Notes: generated by a model from the sequence alone, not told the origin. Shown: positions 27,670-41,217, counted from the stretch's first letter. The stretch: DNA of 64,000 nt from Eledone cirrhosa (GCA_964016885.1 OZ024741.1:312418001-312482000); one strand, 5' to 3'. Translations and numbers: made by a program.

Positions 27670-30600
27670 ATACTTGGGGAGTGTCATATTGTTGTAATAA
27701 TATTGCCAGAAATAATAACAGAACACACTGTTTGGTTGGTTTTCGCTTTGTATCTTTTATATCTCCATAGTTAATTCATTCGGCAATCAGTGTTTATCAT
27801 TGATTGACCAACAGTCAAAAATACAGATATAAATACATATATATAGTCTAAGAAAGTTGTTTCGTTGCACATCTGCAACATAATCAGTGGTATTGTATGT
27901 CGAAGCTATTTTTATCTTATCGGTTTATTTATTTATTTATTTTTTACTTCCTCTTTGCGAATGCGTTTGCGTGTGTTCGCGTTTGGGTGACTGTGTTTAG
28001 GTTATTGTATTCTATCTTAGTTTATTAGTGTGTATTTATATGTTTTTGTTGTTATTGTGCTTGTGTATATACTTATTTATTTAGTTATATTTCTCTTAAG
28101 TCAGTATTGTTTGTTTTGGTGTTGCTGTTATTCCATTCATTTTTTCTAAGCTCAATTTCGCTTGCTTCTCTGATTTGGCTACGTGCTGGGTCATTTCTAT
28201 GTTTAGATATTATTTTCTTTTCTATGTTGTCTATGTTACCGTCATGTTGTTGTCTGGCGTGTTCGTTTTTTTTTTTGTCCTTTTAATTCCCCCCAATGTT
28301 GGTCTATTCCTTCTCCTATGCTTCGAGCTGTCTCGCCTATGTATGTTGTCATGTTTATGCAAGTACACTCTGTATATCTTATGCTATACACTACATTTAC
28401 TACATTTCTAGTTTTACCGGTTATCTGGTGGTTTACTTTACATATAACACATTTCTTATTAGTACAGTGTGTTTTCTTAAAAGGGTATGTTTTGTTGATC
28501 AGGGATGTTATGGTAGTTCCTGGCTTTTCTACCACTTTAATCTTTAAGTGGGTCTTTCTCATGGCCTTTCTACACTGGTTAGCCAATTTCTCTCCAGGGG
28601 TAGCGTCCACGAACAAGACACTCTGGAATCTCTGGTTGCCGAACCTTGAGGTGGCTTTCCCTATCTTATGTTTAGTCCTGTCTCAGCTATTCAATGATTT
28701 GTTCCTGTATACTGGGCATATTCCTTTCAATGCCTGTTCTATAAGGGTCTTACACTTCTCCGCGGCTCCTTTGTATACTCTGATTCTGTGTATTTGGTTG
28801 TCGCCAGAGAATTGCATACGGTTGATGAAGTGTTGGATGTGTCTTTCCATTTCTGTTGGGTCGCACATGCGGGAGACGTTCTTCATCACTCGTACCCTGT
28901 CTGCTATCAGAATATTAAACTTAGCACTACTGGACATAGCTGAGTTTTTGAGTATCAGGTATTTGGAGGCTATGGGTTTCGCATAGTGTGAGTGGTGGAT
29001 TTGGGTCCTCTCGTCTATAGTGTTTATCCAGAGTCCGCGTCTAATACAGGTAGTCTATTGTTAGGGTGTTTGGAAGGGTAGTCAATAGTTACAGTTAAAC
29101 TCTAGTGTATGGAGTTAGCTATCTGCTGGATGCTTTCCATTGTGCTATATTCTAAATCATATTCGTTGTGGGGGTGGCCTTATTACTATATTAATATCGT
29201 CTACATAACGAGAGTTCATGATGAGGTCTATGGAGCTCTCTTCAAGATCTTTGAGTCTTCATTCCCACCATACCATAAAAAGGTTGGCAACATCAGCAGC
29301 TATGCTGACGAAAATAGCTGCTCCCTCATTTTGGGTGTAGATCTTTTCGTTGAATTTGAATATATGGCCCTTTAGGATAGTTTTAATAGTAGCCCTATTG
29401 CATGCGCGACCATTTTTCTTACCTGATCATTGTTTTTGTGTGTCCGTATGGCTTTGGTGCACCCAATCGACCTTCCCATGGGTGTCTTTTTTGCCATTGA
29501 GGTTATGCTGGGGGATCTACCTCTTATGAGTCTACAAGGGCAGAAACGGCTAAGGTCATGGCTGTCTAGGTACTCGGTGTCATATGTCAGTCTGGGTAGG
29601 AGTCCCAGTTCATCTGTGTCGACGTCGCAGAACTCCACCTCACACTCACTGATTATCTCCACACATTTTCCACAGCAAAATCAATGTTAAAGGATGGGTA
29701 TAGTGATACCACGTCCATACTGCCTATCATGCAGCTAGATAGGTTTTTGCTTTTGTTGCTATCATTGATTCTGCTGAGGAGGACCTCTGTACTGTCACAT
29801 ACATCTGCGGACATCTTAATTATGGGACGTATCACCACTGAGAGGAAGTAGGCGATCCTGTAGGTGCTAGCGATATTTGCTACGCATACAGGTCTTGTTG
29901 GTGGTCCTATTGTCGGGTCGTCGACTGTCTTATGGTATTTGCGGAGCCCATAGAAGGGTGGTATGTCATTGTTAGACGCCTGGAAGCTGTTGGCAGTGCG
30001 TCTGCTTGGCTTTAGGATGTCGGTCCACATCCTCATGTGAGCGTTGGGGATCTTCTCTCTCCCCTCATGCCTGGAAGCTGTTGGACCTCTGGTTTGCTTT
30101 GTCTCTTTGTATATCGGTCTACTATTTGTCTAATTTTATTTCTAGCTATGGTGAACTGTGCTTCTGTCTCGTCATCGATTTGTCGTGGTATACAAACCCT
30201 TTTATTAAAAGGTAACTTAGTAGGATACATTTTACTCATCTTATATATTTTGTCAGCTGGGTTGAATAATAGTTTCTCTAAGGGGTTGTCATTATATATA
30301 TCGTTATACTTGTGTGTGTTGCTATTATTGTTATTATGGTTGTTGTTGTTCCTACTATTAGCATTATTATTATTGTTATGATTGTTAGATGTATTGTTGT
30401 TGTTTTCTCTATTGTTATTGTTGTTGTTACTGTTATTTCTACCATTGTGGTTGTTACTTTTATTATTATGTTTCTTGTGCTTGTTGTTGTTGTGGTTGTT
30501 TTTGTTGTTGTGTCTAACATTAATGTTGCTACTCGTATTATTTCCATTATTACTACTGTGGTTATTGCTGTTGTGTCTGTCGTTAATGTTTCCATTATTA

Positions 30601-31875
30601 TTATTGTGGTTGTTGTGGTTGTTCTCTCTATCGTTAATATTATTACCATTTTTATTATTACTATTTCTCACTCTCCTGCTATTGTTATTGTTATGACTAT
30701 TACTATTATAGCTGTTATTTCTATACTCCGAGGTATTGTTTATAATACTACTTTCATTATTATTGTTATTGTTCCTATATATGTTGTTTATTTTCGCATT
30801 CCAACGTATTTTTGTGAAACATTTTTCCAGTTCAGTTATACACTCGATTGGATTTATCTTTTTGCATATAATAAATCTTGCTGGGTGCTGTAGAACATGT
30901 TCTTGTTCACTGATTAATGTGTTCCCATAAATATTGAGTGTATGGTCTTTGGTAAACTCTGCCGGTAATGCTATGTCTGTCATACCGATATTGTTGATCT
31001 CATCAGGGTATTTTTGTAAATTTTTTCTTCTCCTTTCTTTTTGTTTTTTCTTCTTCATCCATCTTAATTTCTTATTGAAATGTTTGTTGCATTCGTATTG
31101 AGCATATTTTGTTTCATGTCGAATGAGGTTCATGAGTTTATTTACCTCGTTTGGTGTGGTGAGATTTTGAATTTCCTTAACGTTAACGCGTTTCTGTTTG
31201 TAATGTTCGTTAATTTTCGTATATATTATTCTTTTGTTAACGTGTGTTTTAGGCGTTCTACTTGTGTTTTGTTTAATAACAAATAATTTATTTGTTTTGA
31301 TATGTTTGTTGTGTATATTTTGAAGAAATCACAGTGTTTTAAAAAGCGAATTCGTTCTGTTGTTATTGTAGTTTTTATATAACAGAAAACAGTGTCTTTC
31401 AATAACCTTTCAGCTTGGCACAAGCTGATGCCATGCCGGCGATGAATTTGTTTTGCGAGACTTTTGATATGAAATCGTGTGGCGAAACAGATATTGTTAT
31501 ACTTGGGCAGGGTCATATTGTTGTAATAATATTGCCAGAAATAATAACAGAACACACTCACTGTTTGGTTGTTTTTTTCGCTTCTGTATCTTTTATATCT
31601 AAATAGTTAATTCATTCGGCAATCAATGTTTATCATTGATTGACCAACGGTCAAAAATATAGATATAAATAAATATATATAGTCTAACAAAGTTTTTTCG
31701 TTGCACATCTGCAACAACATCAGTGGTACTATTATCTTTCCTCCTGTTGTATTGTATGTCTACGCCATTTTAATTTTATCTGTTTATTTATTTATTTATT
31801 TATTTGTGTCTTCTCTGCGCATGCGTTTGCGTGTGTGTACAGTGTTTGATTTGTGTGTTCGCGTTTGGGTGACTG

Positions 31876-31877
<2 letters not shown>
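27664..31877 (-). mobile_element. degenerate full-length PLE related to 20133-24657, with direct pseudo-LTRs
   Basis: Direct repeats ~27664-27995 and ~31492-31877. ORF fragments MTLPKYNN, GPPTRPVC, GSMDVVSLYP, YIGETAR with many frameshifts; ends at (TA)n. Confidence 0.85.
31680..31730 (-). ncRNA. decayed hammerhead in pLTR (second copy ~27845-27895)
   Basis: CTGATGT and CTGATTA in the two copies (consensus CTGATGA), then t-GTTGCA-gatg-TGCAAC-GAAA. Confidence 0.55.
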
Positions 31878-31929
<52 letters not shown>

Positions 31930-32613
31930 CATAAGGACGATTTGTTAAGCCTTCATTACGTTTATTAATTGGTGACGCGCGTTTCGCCATTGATCAGCTT
32001 AAGGTTTGATCTGTATCGATCTGGCCCGACTCTGGAATCAAAAGCTCATTGGACCTCTGTTGTAGTAATGGGTGAACCTACAGTAACTTCACGTTACACT
32101 CCCTGGATAAAAATATATATATATATATATATGTATATATATGCGGGTAGAAATCCATAGATGAAAGATCAAGGAAAATAGTACTTAATCTGTTGCAAGA
32201 GACCGTATTTAGTATAAATAAAGTTTCATGCACTTAATATATATATGACACTATTGGCTTCGGGGTCCAGTTATGACTCCCACTGTACATTCGAGGAGGC
32301 ACTTTTAAACTAGCCCTTCATTTGGGCACATGGGGAAATACATGAAATGGGAAATAGTTCTCCATCGACGAATTCTTCCTCCAAACGGCAGAGATCCTTA
32401 TATTTGAAACAGGAGAGGGAAATCTGCCTTGAAATCTGTCTGTAGACTAATTTTGCAAGTTATCTAGTGTCCTTTGTTTTTGCCCCCTTACCGGGAGGGC
32501 AGGAGTGGTGAATCTTGAAATTATTTGTTACTTTGTAAACAGTTAAATTGATTAAGGTAAGTTATAAGTAATTAGATATTCACGCACGCGCGCACGCACA
32601 CTCAAACACACAC

Positions 32614-32690
<77 letters not shown>

Positions 32691-33479
32691 TTATTAAAGA
32701 TTTGAAAAAAGCATTTTATCCGATGTTCCAACGATACTGCAAATTTGCTGTCTTTTCGGTTGCATTAGACATAAAAAACAAAACGAATGTCGAAATGGTT
32801 AGTTAGAACACCGGACAAAATTTAGTGAGCTGGAAACGTTTGGTCATTTACATTCTCAATTCAAATTATGCTTATGTTTATTATACCTGGCATTGTTTCC
32901 GTGAAAGGTAATATAAAGCACTGTATAGTTATTGGGCCGTAGTTTATTACAGCTTCTTGCAAATTACAAATAAAAGCCACGAACACATTTTCATTGGGCT
33001 GCTTGGGCTTCATGGGTGGATGAAGTTGTAAATCGCAAAAGGCAGTATTACTAGAATTGATGACTCCCTGTATGACTAGCATGGACAGATACGTTTCTAA
33101 CATTGCAATCGAAAGAAGAAAAAGAACTCTGACATCAAATGTATTTATTTGTATATATGAGAACTTACATATTTTGACGCTTTCATTCTTTTCTTAATAA
33201 TATTTGTGATGCATGTAAAGTGCAACGTTAGAAACGTTAGAAAGTTAGAAACGTTATTATCAGAGTGCTGTACGACATATTTTATCGCTTAGTCATGGCA
33301 GGAAGTATAACAAACCTGATCTACTGCGTGCATTCCCAGAGTTACAAGAAGTAAATTATCTTCAAATAGCAGACATGACGTGAAGACACGCAGAAATATG
33401 GTGTGGTAGTGCTGGTGTTAAACTGAGGGATGGATTATATTTATCTCTCTATATATTGACTTGTTATCATCGCGGCATA

Positions 33480-33580
33480 GAGTTACGGTCCAATACGTTC
33501 TGAGTTCAAATCCCACCGAGGTTAACACAGTCGATAAAATAAAATACAGGTAACGCAATGGGGGCAATTTAATCGCCCTA
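33480..33580 (+). mobile_element. degenerate SINE of the 618 family
   Basis: GAGTTCAAATCCCACCGAGGTTAAC...GTCGATAAAATAAA. Confidence 0.55.
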
Positions 33581-33599
33581 GCCCATAAGAAAGTTGGAT

Positions 33600-34175
33600 T
33601 TTCTTTGCTTACGGTATGAAGAAGAGACTGGTTAATACAAAGTTACAATTTCAAGGAAATCGGTCTGTCGTAACGTCTCAAAATACCCCTAAAAATGTTA
33701 AAACACGCAGTTTTTCACCTAATGCGGTCCCTAGGAGATAAAAAAAAGTGATTTTTTGTATGTGCATAACACTCCCTGAAACATAATACGCATGTAAAGT
33801 TTGAAAAAAATCGGTTGGGTACTTCTCGAATTTTAGGGATTCAAATTCACACACACAGAAAGACATCCTCAGGGAAGTGACGTAGTGCAGACAGTCAGGC
33901 ATACAGACAGATATTATAAGGGCACGATGTTATATGTATGTATCTATCTAAAAAGAGAAAGATTAAGAATTATAGAGCGAGATCGCTAAATCGCCTAATG
34001 TGTTCCCTAGGGTATAGAAAATTGGAAATTCATTTTGCTCAGAACACTCCTTGAAACACAAGTATTACATGGGTAAAGATTGAAAACAGTCGGTTGGGTG
34101 GTTCTCGGAATTTAGGGATTCGAACTCACACACACACACAGACAGATATCCTCAGTTTTATATATATATAAGAGA
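33600..34175 (-). mobile_element. non-autonomous Helitron, same family as 26029, 3' end not seen
   Basis: Minus-strand TC(TCT)TATATATATATAAAACTGAGGAT start; shares GAGAAGTACCCAACC and TTAGGCGATTTAGCGATCTC; has an internal subunit repeat. Confidence 0.7.
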
Positions 34176-34199
34176 TAGAAAAATGTGTGGCTATGCCCT

Positions 34200-34498
34200 C
34201 TTGTAACTATACCAGGAGATAATGTAAATGTCTTGGCTTGATCAGTGCTACGGAGGCCTATATAGAAACATAAGCTTTCAATATAAAACATTATCGATCG
34301 ACTTTCGTCAAATCGCACAGAGGAAACAATGTTTCTGTTGGTCTTTCCAATTGCTAATACCATCTATCGGTCGCAACTCCGTAAGAAGGAACAACGTGAA
34401 ATAACGTTTCTTGCTCAAGGACATAACGTATCGTCTGGTTCAGGAATCGTACTACAACCTCACGATTATGAATCCAGTATTCTAACCAATCAGTCACA
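34200..34498 (-). mobile_element. tRNA-derived SINE, second family
   Basis: Minus-strand tRNA-like head (TGGTTAGA...GATTCCTG) followed by TGTCCTTGAGCAAG core-like motif. Confidence 0.5.
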
Positions 34499-34517
34499 AA
34501 TACAGAGGCGCAAATCA

Positions 34518-34582
34518 ATCCAAACCAAACATTGAGTGTTTTATTATCATTTCTGGCAGTACTATAGCAATGTGACCCTCCC

Positions 34583-34586
<4 letters not shown>
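34518..34586 (+). mobile_element. tiny PLE 3'-tail fragment of the 27664 family
   Basis: CAAACCAAACA..GTGTTTTATTATCATTTCTGGCA..TGACCCTCCCCAA resembles the reverse complement of 27664-27740; ends in (TA)n. Confidence 0.5.
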
Positions 34587-34638
<52 letters not shown>

Positions 34639-34639
34639 A

Positions 34640-37185
34640 ATTCAAATTCAGCATCTGATACCTTTTTCGCCTTAACTCTCCTGCTCTGAGCCGGTGCTAC
34701 AGTAAAGCCAGAGTGCTGGTGTTTCTCCAGTTCAAGGCGCATACAATAGTCCACTACGATGATAAAAAGGTAGGGAGCCAATATATCTCCCTGAAGCACT
34801 CCAGCCAGTATCTCAAAGATTTCTGTCATCCCATCAGGTGTAATGACTTGGGCTTTGGTGTTGGTGTAGAGCAGCGATATCAGGTCCACTATCTTCTTGG
34901 GGATTCCATAAGCCTGTAAGTTCTTCATCAGGCAGTGACGGTCCACAGAATCAAATGCCTTCCTAAAGTCTATGAAAACCATGACCGCAGGAAGGCACTC
35001 TGCTCTAGCTCCCTCTAATATCATCCTCAGCATCAGGATGTGACTGATGGTTGATCTTACCTCTCTGAAGCCGTTCTGGTTGTCCCTCAGCTTCTTCTCT
35101 ATCTCAGGCTGGATCCTGTTAAGAATCATCCTGTTGAGGGTCTTTGTCACAAGTGACGTCAGTGACATCCCCCTGTAGTTGTTGTTGTTAGAGAGATCTC
35201 CCTTATTTGGCACTGGGACGATGTTACTGATCCTCCACTGATTCGAGGCAACTCCTTTCTCAAGTGCCTGGTTACGGAACCCCAGGATGATATCATCAAA
35301 ATCACACATCTTCATCACTTCTGATGCCACACCATCTTCTCCACGAGCCTTTCCCTCCTTGATCCTCTTCTTGGCTCTCTGAAGCTCCTCTCTGGTGAAG
35401 GGCTCTGTCTCAATATCCAGTTCTTCAAACAGCCGCCTGATCTCCCAAGTGCTCTGGGCTGTGTAGGGTGGCTCTCCTAGTAGGGTCCTAAAATGGTCTA
35501 GCCATTTCTTCTTCCTGTCATCGGGACCCGTTCCCTGGCTCTGACTCGAACACCTTCTCTTCCTCCCTGTGATCTCGTTGATGATAATCCAGCTCTCCTT
35601 ACATCCAGATCTGTCAACCGCTCTCTCCACACTTCTGAAATTCTCTATCAGTGCCTCCTCTCTGGCCTCAGTTTAAGCGGTACAGAGTTTTTGCCTCATC
35701 AACCCCACAGTCTGCATCCCCTCATCCGTAGGATTAGTATAGAATTGGTCATTGGCAGCTTTCAGGTGTTCTCTGGCTGCAGACACTTTTGGGTTTGCAG
35801 AGCTGAATTGCTTCCTTTTGTTCTTTTTCCTCGGCACCAGGGTTTCATTTGCTTCCGCCACTGCATTGGTGAAGTGCCAGTACCTCCTCGTCACACTCTC
35901 CTCAGTCCATTCAATCTCACTCTCCTCTGTCTCTCCAGACAGAGCAATGTACCTGTTCCTCACTTTCACTGTGAACCTCTCTTGTAGCTTATCATCTTCC
36001 TTAAAAGCTCCCCACTCATAGATTGCTCTCCGGGGCTGAGCCTTACTCTTTCTTAAGCTCACCCGGACCTCACTCATAACAAGCCGGTGGTCACTACCCA
36101 GTGTACTGAAATAGTTGTATGGTACTGTCTTCAGAACACTATTCCGCCACCGTTTCCTCACCAGAATGAACTCAATCTAGGACTTGGACAGGTGCATCTC
36201 TGAGATGTAGGTCCATATCTTCCCCGGATTCTTCCTAAACCTTAGGTTGGTCGCTATCAAGTACGCCTCCAGCAGGGTGTCTCTGAGTAGTCTTCCATTT
36301 CGGTTGGTGTTGTTATGGAAGTACCAACAAGGATCTTCACTGCCCTCCTTACTCAGATGTGTATTGAAGTCCCCCAAAACAAGCAGGATGTTGTGTGCTT
36401 GAGTGGTGTTGACAGCTCTACACACCTCTTCATGGAACGCTTCTGCACTCACATCACTGTCTCCCTCGGTTGGACTATAGGCTGAGATGACTGTCAGTTT
36501 TGGGTTTCCATTGAAGGTCACCCTCAACACTCGCGAGGAGACAGGCATTATTTCCCTCACCAATAGACTGGTTTTTGTGCTGAAAACAAAACCCCTTCCT
36601 CCCACTGCAGCATTGGTCATGTTCCTCACTGCCGATGTAGTGATGAGCTGGTTCCTCTTCCCAATCATCACACTCCTCACGGACTCATCGTGTAGGATCC
36701 TGTGTTCTTGGATCGCAAGTATCTGTATACCACTCTCCTCGAACAGATGTTCCAACTCCTCTCTCTTCTCCAGCGTCCGAATAGTCCTCACATTCAAAGT
36801 GCCCATTTTGATGGCTCTTCTGCAGGACAAAACTGCATTCTTTATATTTGTCTCAGAGACAGCTGATCCATCATCCACTGGCCCTCTCTGTGGTTCTAAG
36901 CCAGCAGAGTCATAACGACCAGACTGCTCCTTGACAGAGTAATTAGGGGCTCTAACCCTAGTGCAGTTAGATCAACTCTCCATATTTCTTTTCAATGGCT
37001 GACAATACCTTACCGGCGCCACTCGAATAAGGTAGTTATTTAACCCATAAATGGGACCCTAACAGGTATTACTACTCCGAGCCAGAGCAGACATGGGAGT
37101 TATGACAACTAAGAAGTAGCTCCACATTCCGAACAGCTCCTGAACTCCCGAACTGTAGCCTTACCACTGGATGTAGTTTATGCAT
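34640..37185 (-). mobile_element. RTE-clade LINE, inverted 5' part (5' UTR, APE, RT N-half)
   Basis: GTLNVRT, AIQEHR, AYSPT, GDFN, SDH (APE); YRGMSL, QNGFR, FIDFRKAFDSV, GVLQGD, ending at VSDAEF. Confidence 0.85.
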
Positions 37186-37941
37186 ACCGACGACTTAGTT
37201 TTGGTGACAAATACAGTGAAGGAGGCAGACGATTTGATGCTGGAGGTTGACACTGTATCGATGAGTGTGGGGCTGAGAATAAATGAGACTCAAACAAAAT
37301 ATCTGATAGAGAATGTTTTGAAGCCAGAGGGGATCACTAATGTAGGCGGGAAGCCGCTAGAATTGGTTGAGGACTTCCTGCATTTGGGAACAAAGATTGG
37401 GAATACGGAAGATGATGTGTTTGAGAGGAAGAGCAAAGCCTGGGCGGCGTGCCACAGCTTGAGATCGGTGTGGAAGTCGGACCTTCGTAAATACCTGAAA
37501 ATCCGCCTCTTCATTGCTGTAGTGGAGTCTGTGCTGCTGTACGGGTCTGAGACTTGGACACTGACCAAGAAACTCACTCAGATGGTGGATGGGTGCTCCA
37601 CGAGAATTCTGAGGATGGCTCTGAACATTAATCAGTATACACTGAGGATGAAACACTCAGAGATGTATGAGAGCCTCCCTAAAGTCAGCTCAAAAGTGAC
37701 ACAGAGGAGACTGAGGTTAGCTGGACATGCTCACCGACATCCAGAGTTTACATTGTACTCAGTGATCCTGTGGGAGTCCCTACATGAACACACTGGAAGA
37801 GGAAGGCCAAGGTTAACGTATGTTGATGCCCTAAGGACAGACACTGGTCTGTTGGAGACGCAGGACATGGCAGCGATAACGAGGGAGAGAGACCGCTGGA
37901 GAGAAGTCGCCCATGGATCTCGGGAATTGTACCCGCCCTAG
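37186..37941 (+). mobile_element. RTE-clade LINE, 3' part (RT C-half to end)
   Basis: TDDLVL, GLRIN..TK, FLHLG, LLYGSETW, RRLRLAGH, RGRPR, R.RWR, then (TA)n. Confidence 0.85.
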
Positions 37942-37955
37942 ATATATATATATAC

Positions 37956-38017
<62 letters not shown>

Positions 38018-38021
38018 TTTT

Positions 38022-38123
38022 TTTAATATAGATGAGATTATACAGGACTAGAACTGTTTCATTCTTTAGAAATCATCAGGAATCTGATGATTTCTAGTCC
38101 TGTAGAATCTGATCTATATTAAA
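38022..38123. repeat. foldback (nested inverted repeat) containing hammerhead core remnants
   Basis: AATATAGAT.AGATT.TACAGGACTAGA / TCTAGTCCTGTA.AATCT.ATCTATATT with inner TAGAAATCATCAG/CTGATGATTTCTA. Confidence 0.7.
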
Positions 38124-38191
38124 CTTTTATACTCTGCATTGTATTGAGTATCTTACTTTCTGAGGTTACCTCCGATTCAACCTGGAATAAC

Positions 38192-38335
<144 letters not shown>

Positions 38336-39611
38336 GATAACAATAAATCGTTAATGGTAACTATTTATCATGGACAGTTTAAGCGTACGGTACTGTGTGA
38401 CTCAACAAGAAGTTTACGTTGGTGACGATCTACGACTTCGCTTGCATAACGGTAAACTTAAAATTCAAATTACTACATCAATAATAGTATTAATGATAAA
38501 TAAATAAATAAAGGAAGGGAGTCAGATGGAAATAAGAGAGACAGAAAGAAAATGACGAAAGAAGGAACGAAGATATAGTTAAATGTATAACCGGCAAATT
38601 TATGAAATCAAACTATCACATCAAAATAAATATAATATTAATAATAAGGATATATATAGAAATATAGAGGGGGGTGAATATAGCATAGGCAAAGAGGAAG
38701 GATAAGTAAGGAAGATGAGAAGGAAATAGAGGAAGATTAAGTGGGATGAGGAAGCAGAGAGGGATACACATAAATCATGAGTATGGGGATATGAAGAAGA
38801 GAGAAAAGAAGATAAACATACGGACGAATATATATTACTACGTAAAATAGCTATATGAGATGTATTATATTAAAGGGTAAAATGATTGAGATGAAATATG
38901 TTTAAGCGGAGAAATACAAAGACAAATGGTGAGAGGTGTATATATAAAAGAGAATAAATAATGTAAATACAAATAAAAATAAAAATAGTGATGTGAATAC
39001 AAATGTTTTAGGTTATTCTTACGTAATTATGAAGTTAGTGATAATTCGATATCGTAATAGGTGCTAAAACTATAAACAAGTATAAAAAGGAATAAGGAAT
39101 AGAAAATTAGGTTAAGTTGGTCTAAAGTTCAGGAACTTCGTTGCTGATTTATGCCGGCAGAAGATAGTTTGCTCAATTCTTAATTTTAGAAAAACCCTTC
39201 TTAACAGCAGAATTGAGCGAATTTAGCAATTTATAGGAAATTCTATCATGTAAACAATTGTAAGACTGTAAATAAATATCCTTGTTTGTACTGTCGACCA
39301 TGCTATTCTTCACTTTTATATATATATATATATATATATATAAACGGAAAAAATTAAACGAAATTTCATTTCCCACTCTTAGTATGGCTGTTACATAAAT
39401 ATAAGTATGTATACGTACATACATATATGTATACTGACGTACAGTAGTATGTATATATATATACATACATGCACACATTTAATATATATATACGTATGGA
39501 TTCACCGAACATTTATTATAATGCCCGGTGTGTTGGTAAACAAACATCCCGAATTAAGACGTACAGTGTCTAGCAACCATCGTTGCTCGTTTGTTAAACA
39601 CTGACAAAGGA

Positions 39612-39654
39612 ACGCTGTACTAGTTTCAAGCTTATTACCTATCGTCAGCAACGT
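39612..39654 (-). ncRNA. minimal type I hammerhead (unit A)
   Basis: ACGTTG-CTGACGA-tAGGTaataAGCTt-GAAA-CTAG-TA-CAGCGT. Confidence 0.75.
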
Positions 39655-40046
39655 ATACCTTCCTGCCAAATAGTTGAAACTCTGAATGTATATACTTTCC
39701 TTATGCATATTAACGGCTGAGCAGCCTAATTTGCATAAGGAGTGAGTTAATCGGCCGGGGTACCGAAAACGATAAACGGAAAAAATGAAACGAAATTTCA
39801 TTTCTCACTCTTAGTACGGCTGTTACTTAAATATAAGTATGTATACGTACATACATATATGTATATAGACGTACAGTAGTATGTATATATATATATACAT
39901 ACATGCACACACATATATATATATGTACGTATGAATTCGCTGAACATTTATTATAATGCCCGGTGTGTTTGTAAATAAACATCCCGAATTAATCCGTACA
40001 GTGTCTATAAACCATCGTTGCTCATTTCTTCAACACTGACAAAGGA

Positions 40047-40089
40047 AAGCTGTACTAGTTTCAAGCTTATTAGCTATCGTCAGCACCGT
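40047..40089 (-). ncRNA. minimal type I hammerhead (unit B), stem I weakened
   Basis: ACGGTG-CTGACGA-tAGCTaataAGCTt-GAAA-CTAG-TA-CAGCTT. Confidence 0.65.
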
Positions 40090-40256
40090 ATACCTTCCTG
40101 TCAGATAGTTGAACGACTGAAAGTATATACTTTCCTCATCGTTTTCGGTACCTCGGCCGATTAACTCACTCGATATGTAAATTAGGCTGCTCAGCCGTTA
40201 ATATGCATAAGGAAATTATATACTTTCAGACGTTCAACTATCTGGCAGGAAGGTAT

Positions 40257-40299
40257 ACGTTGCTGACGATAGTTAATAAGCTTGAAACTAGTACAGGGT
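40257..40299 (+). ncRNA. minimal type I hammerhead (unit C)
   Basis: ACGTTG-CTGACGA-tAGTTaataAGCTt-GAAA-CTAG-TA-CAGGGT. Confidence 0.7.
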
Positions 40300-40442
40300 T
40301 CCTTTGTCAGTGTTGAACAAATGAGCAACGATGGTTGTAAGACACTGTACGGCTTAATTCGGGATGTTTGTTTACAAACACACCGGGCATTATAATAAAT
40401 GTTCGGTGAATCCATAGGTACATATATATATATGTGTGCATG

Positions 40443-40509
<67 letters not shown>

Positions 40510-40756
40510 AGATATATATATATATATATACTACTATACGTCTGTATACATATATGTATGAACGTATACATACTTATATTTAAGTAACAGCCATACTAAG
40601 AGTGAGAAATGAAATTTCGTTTCATATTTTTCCGTTTATCGTTTTCGATACCCCGGTTGATTAACTCACTCGATATGCAAATTAGGCTGCTCAGCCGTTA
40701 ATATGCATAAGGAAAGTATATACTTTCAGACGTTCAACTATCTGGCAGAAAGGTAT

Positions 40757-40799
40757 ACGTTGCTGAAGATAGCTAATAAGCTTGAAACTAGTACAGCGT
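40757..40799 (+). ncRNA. minimal type I hammerhead (unit D), best preserved
   Basis: ACGTTG-CTGAAGA-tAGCTaataAGCTt-GAAA-CTAG-TA-CAGCGT; 6-bp stem I, 4-bp stem II, palindromic ACTAGT stem III. Confidence 0.8.
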
Positions 40800-41004
40800 T
40801 CCTTTGTCAGTTTTGAACAAATGAGCAACGATGGTTGATAGACACTGTACGGATTAATTCGGGATGTTTGTCTACAAACACACCGGGCATTATAATAAAT
40901 GATCGGTGAATCCATACGTACATATATATATATGTGTGTATGTATGTATATATATATACATACTACTGTACGTCTGTATACATATATGTATGTACATATA
41001 CATA

Positions 41005-41074
<70 letters not shown>

Positions 41075-41154
41075 TGCGTGTGTATGCATGTATTTATATA
41101 CGTAACTATTTTAGGAAAAACAAAAATATACATGCTTAATTATTAAATTATACA

Positions 41155-41217
<63 letters not shown>

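Larger units (their letters stand above)
39341..41008. mobile_element. four-unit hammerhead-bearing non-coding array (retrozyme-like)
   Basis: Units A 39341-39772 and B 39773-40137 are inverted relative to C 40138-40637 and D 40638-41008. Each has one hammerhead; both outer ends are in (TA)n. Confidence 0.8.

Noticed and set aside
39341-41008. CRISPR array or simple satellite
   Set aside because: Eukaryotic context, long units without unique spacers, and only four copies in mixed orientation.
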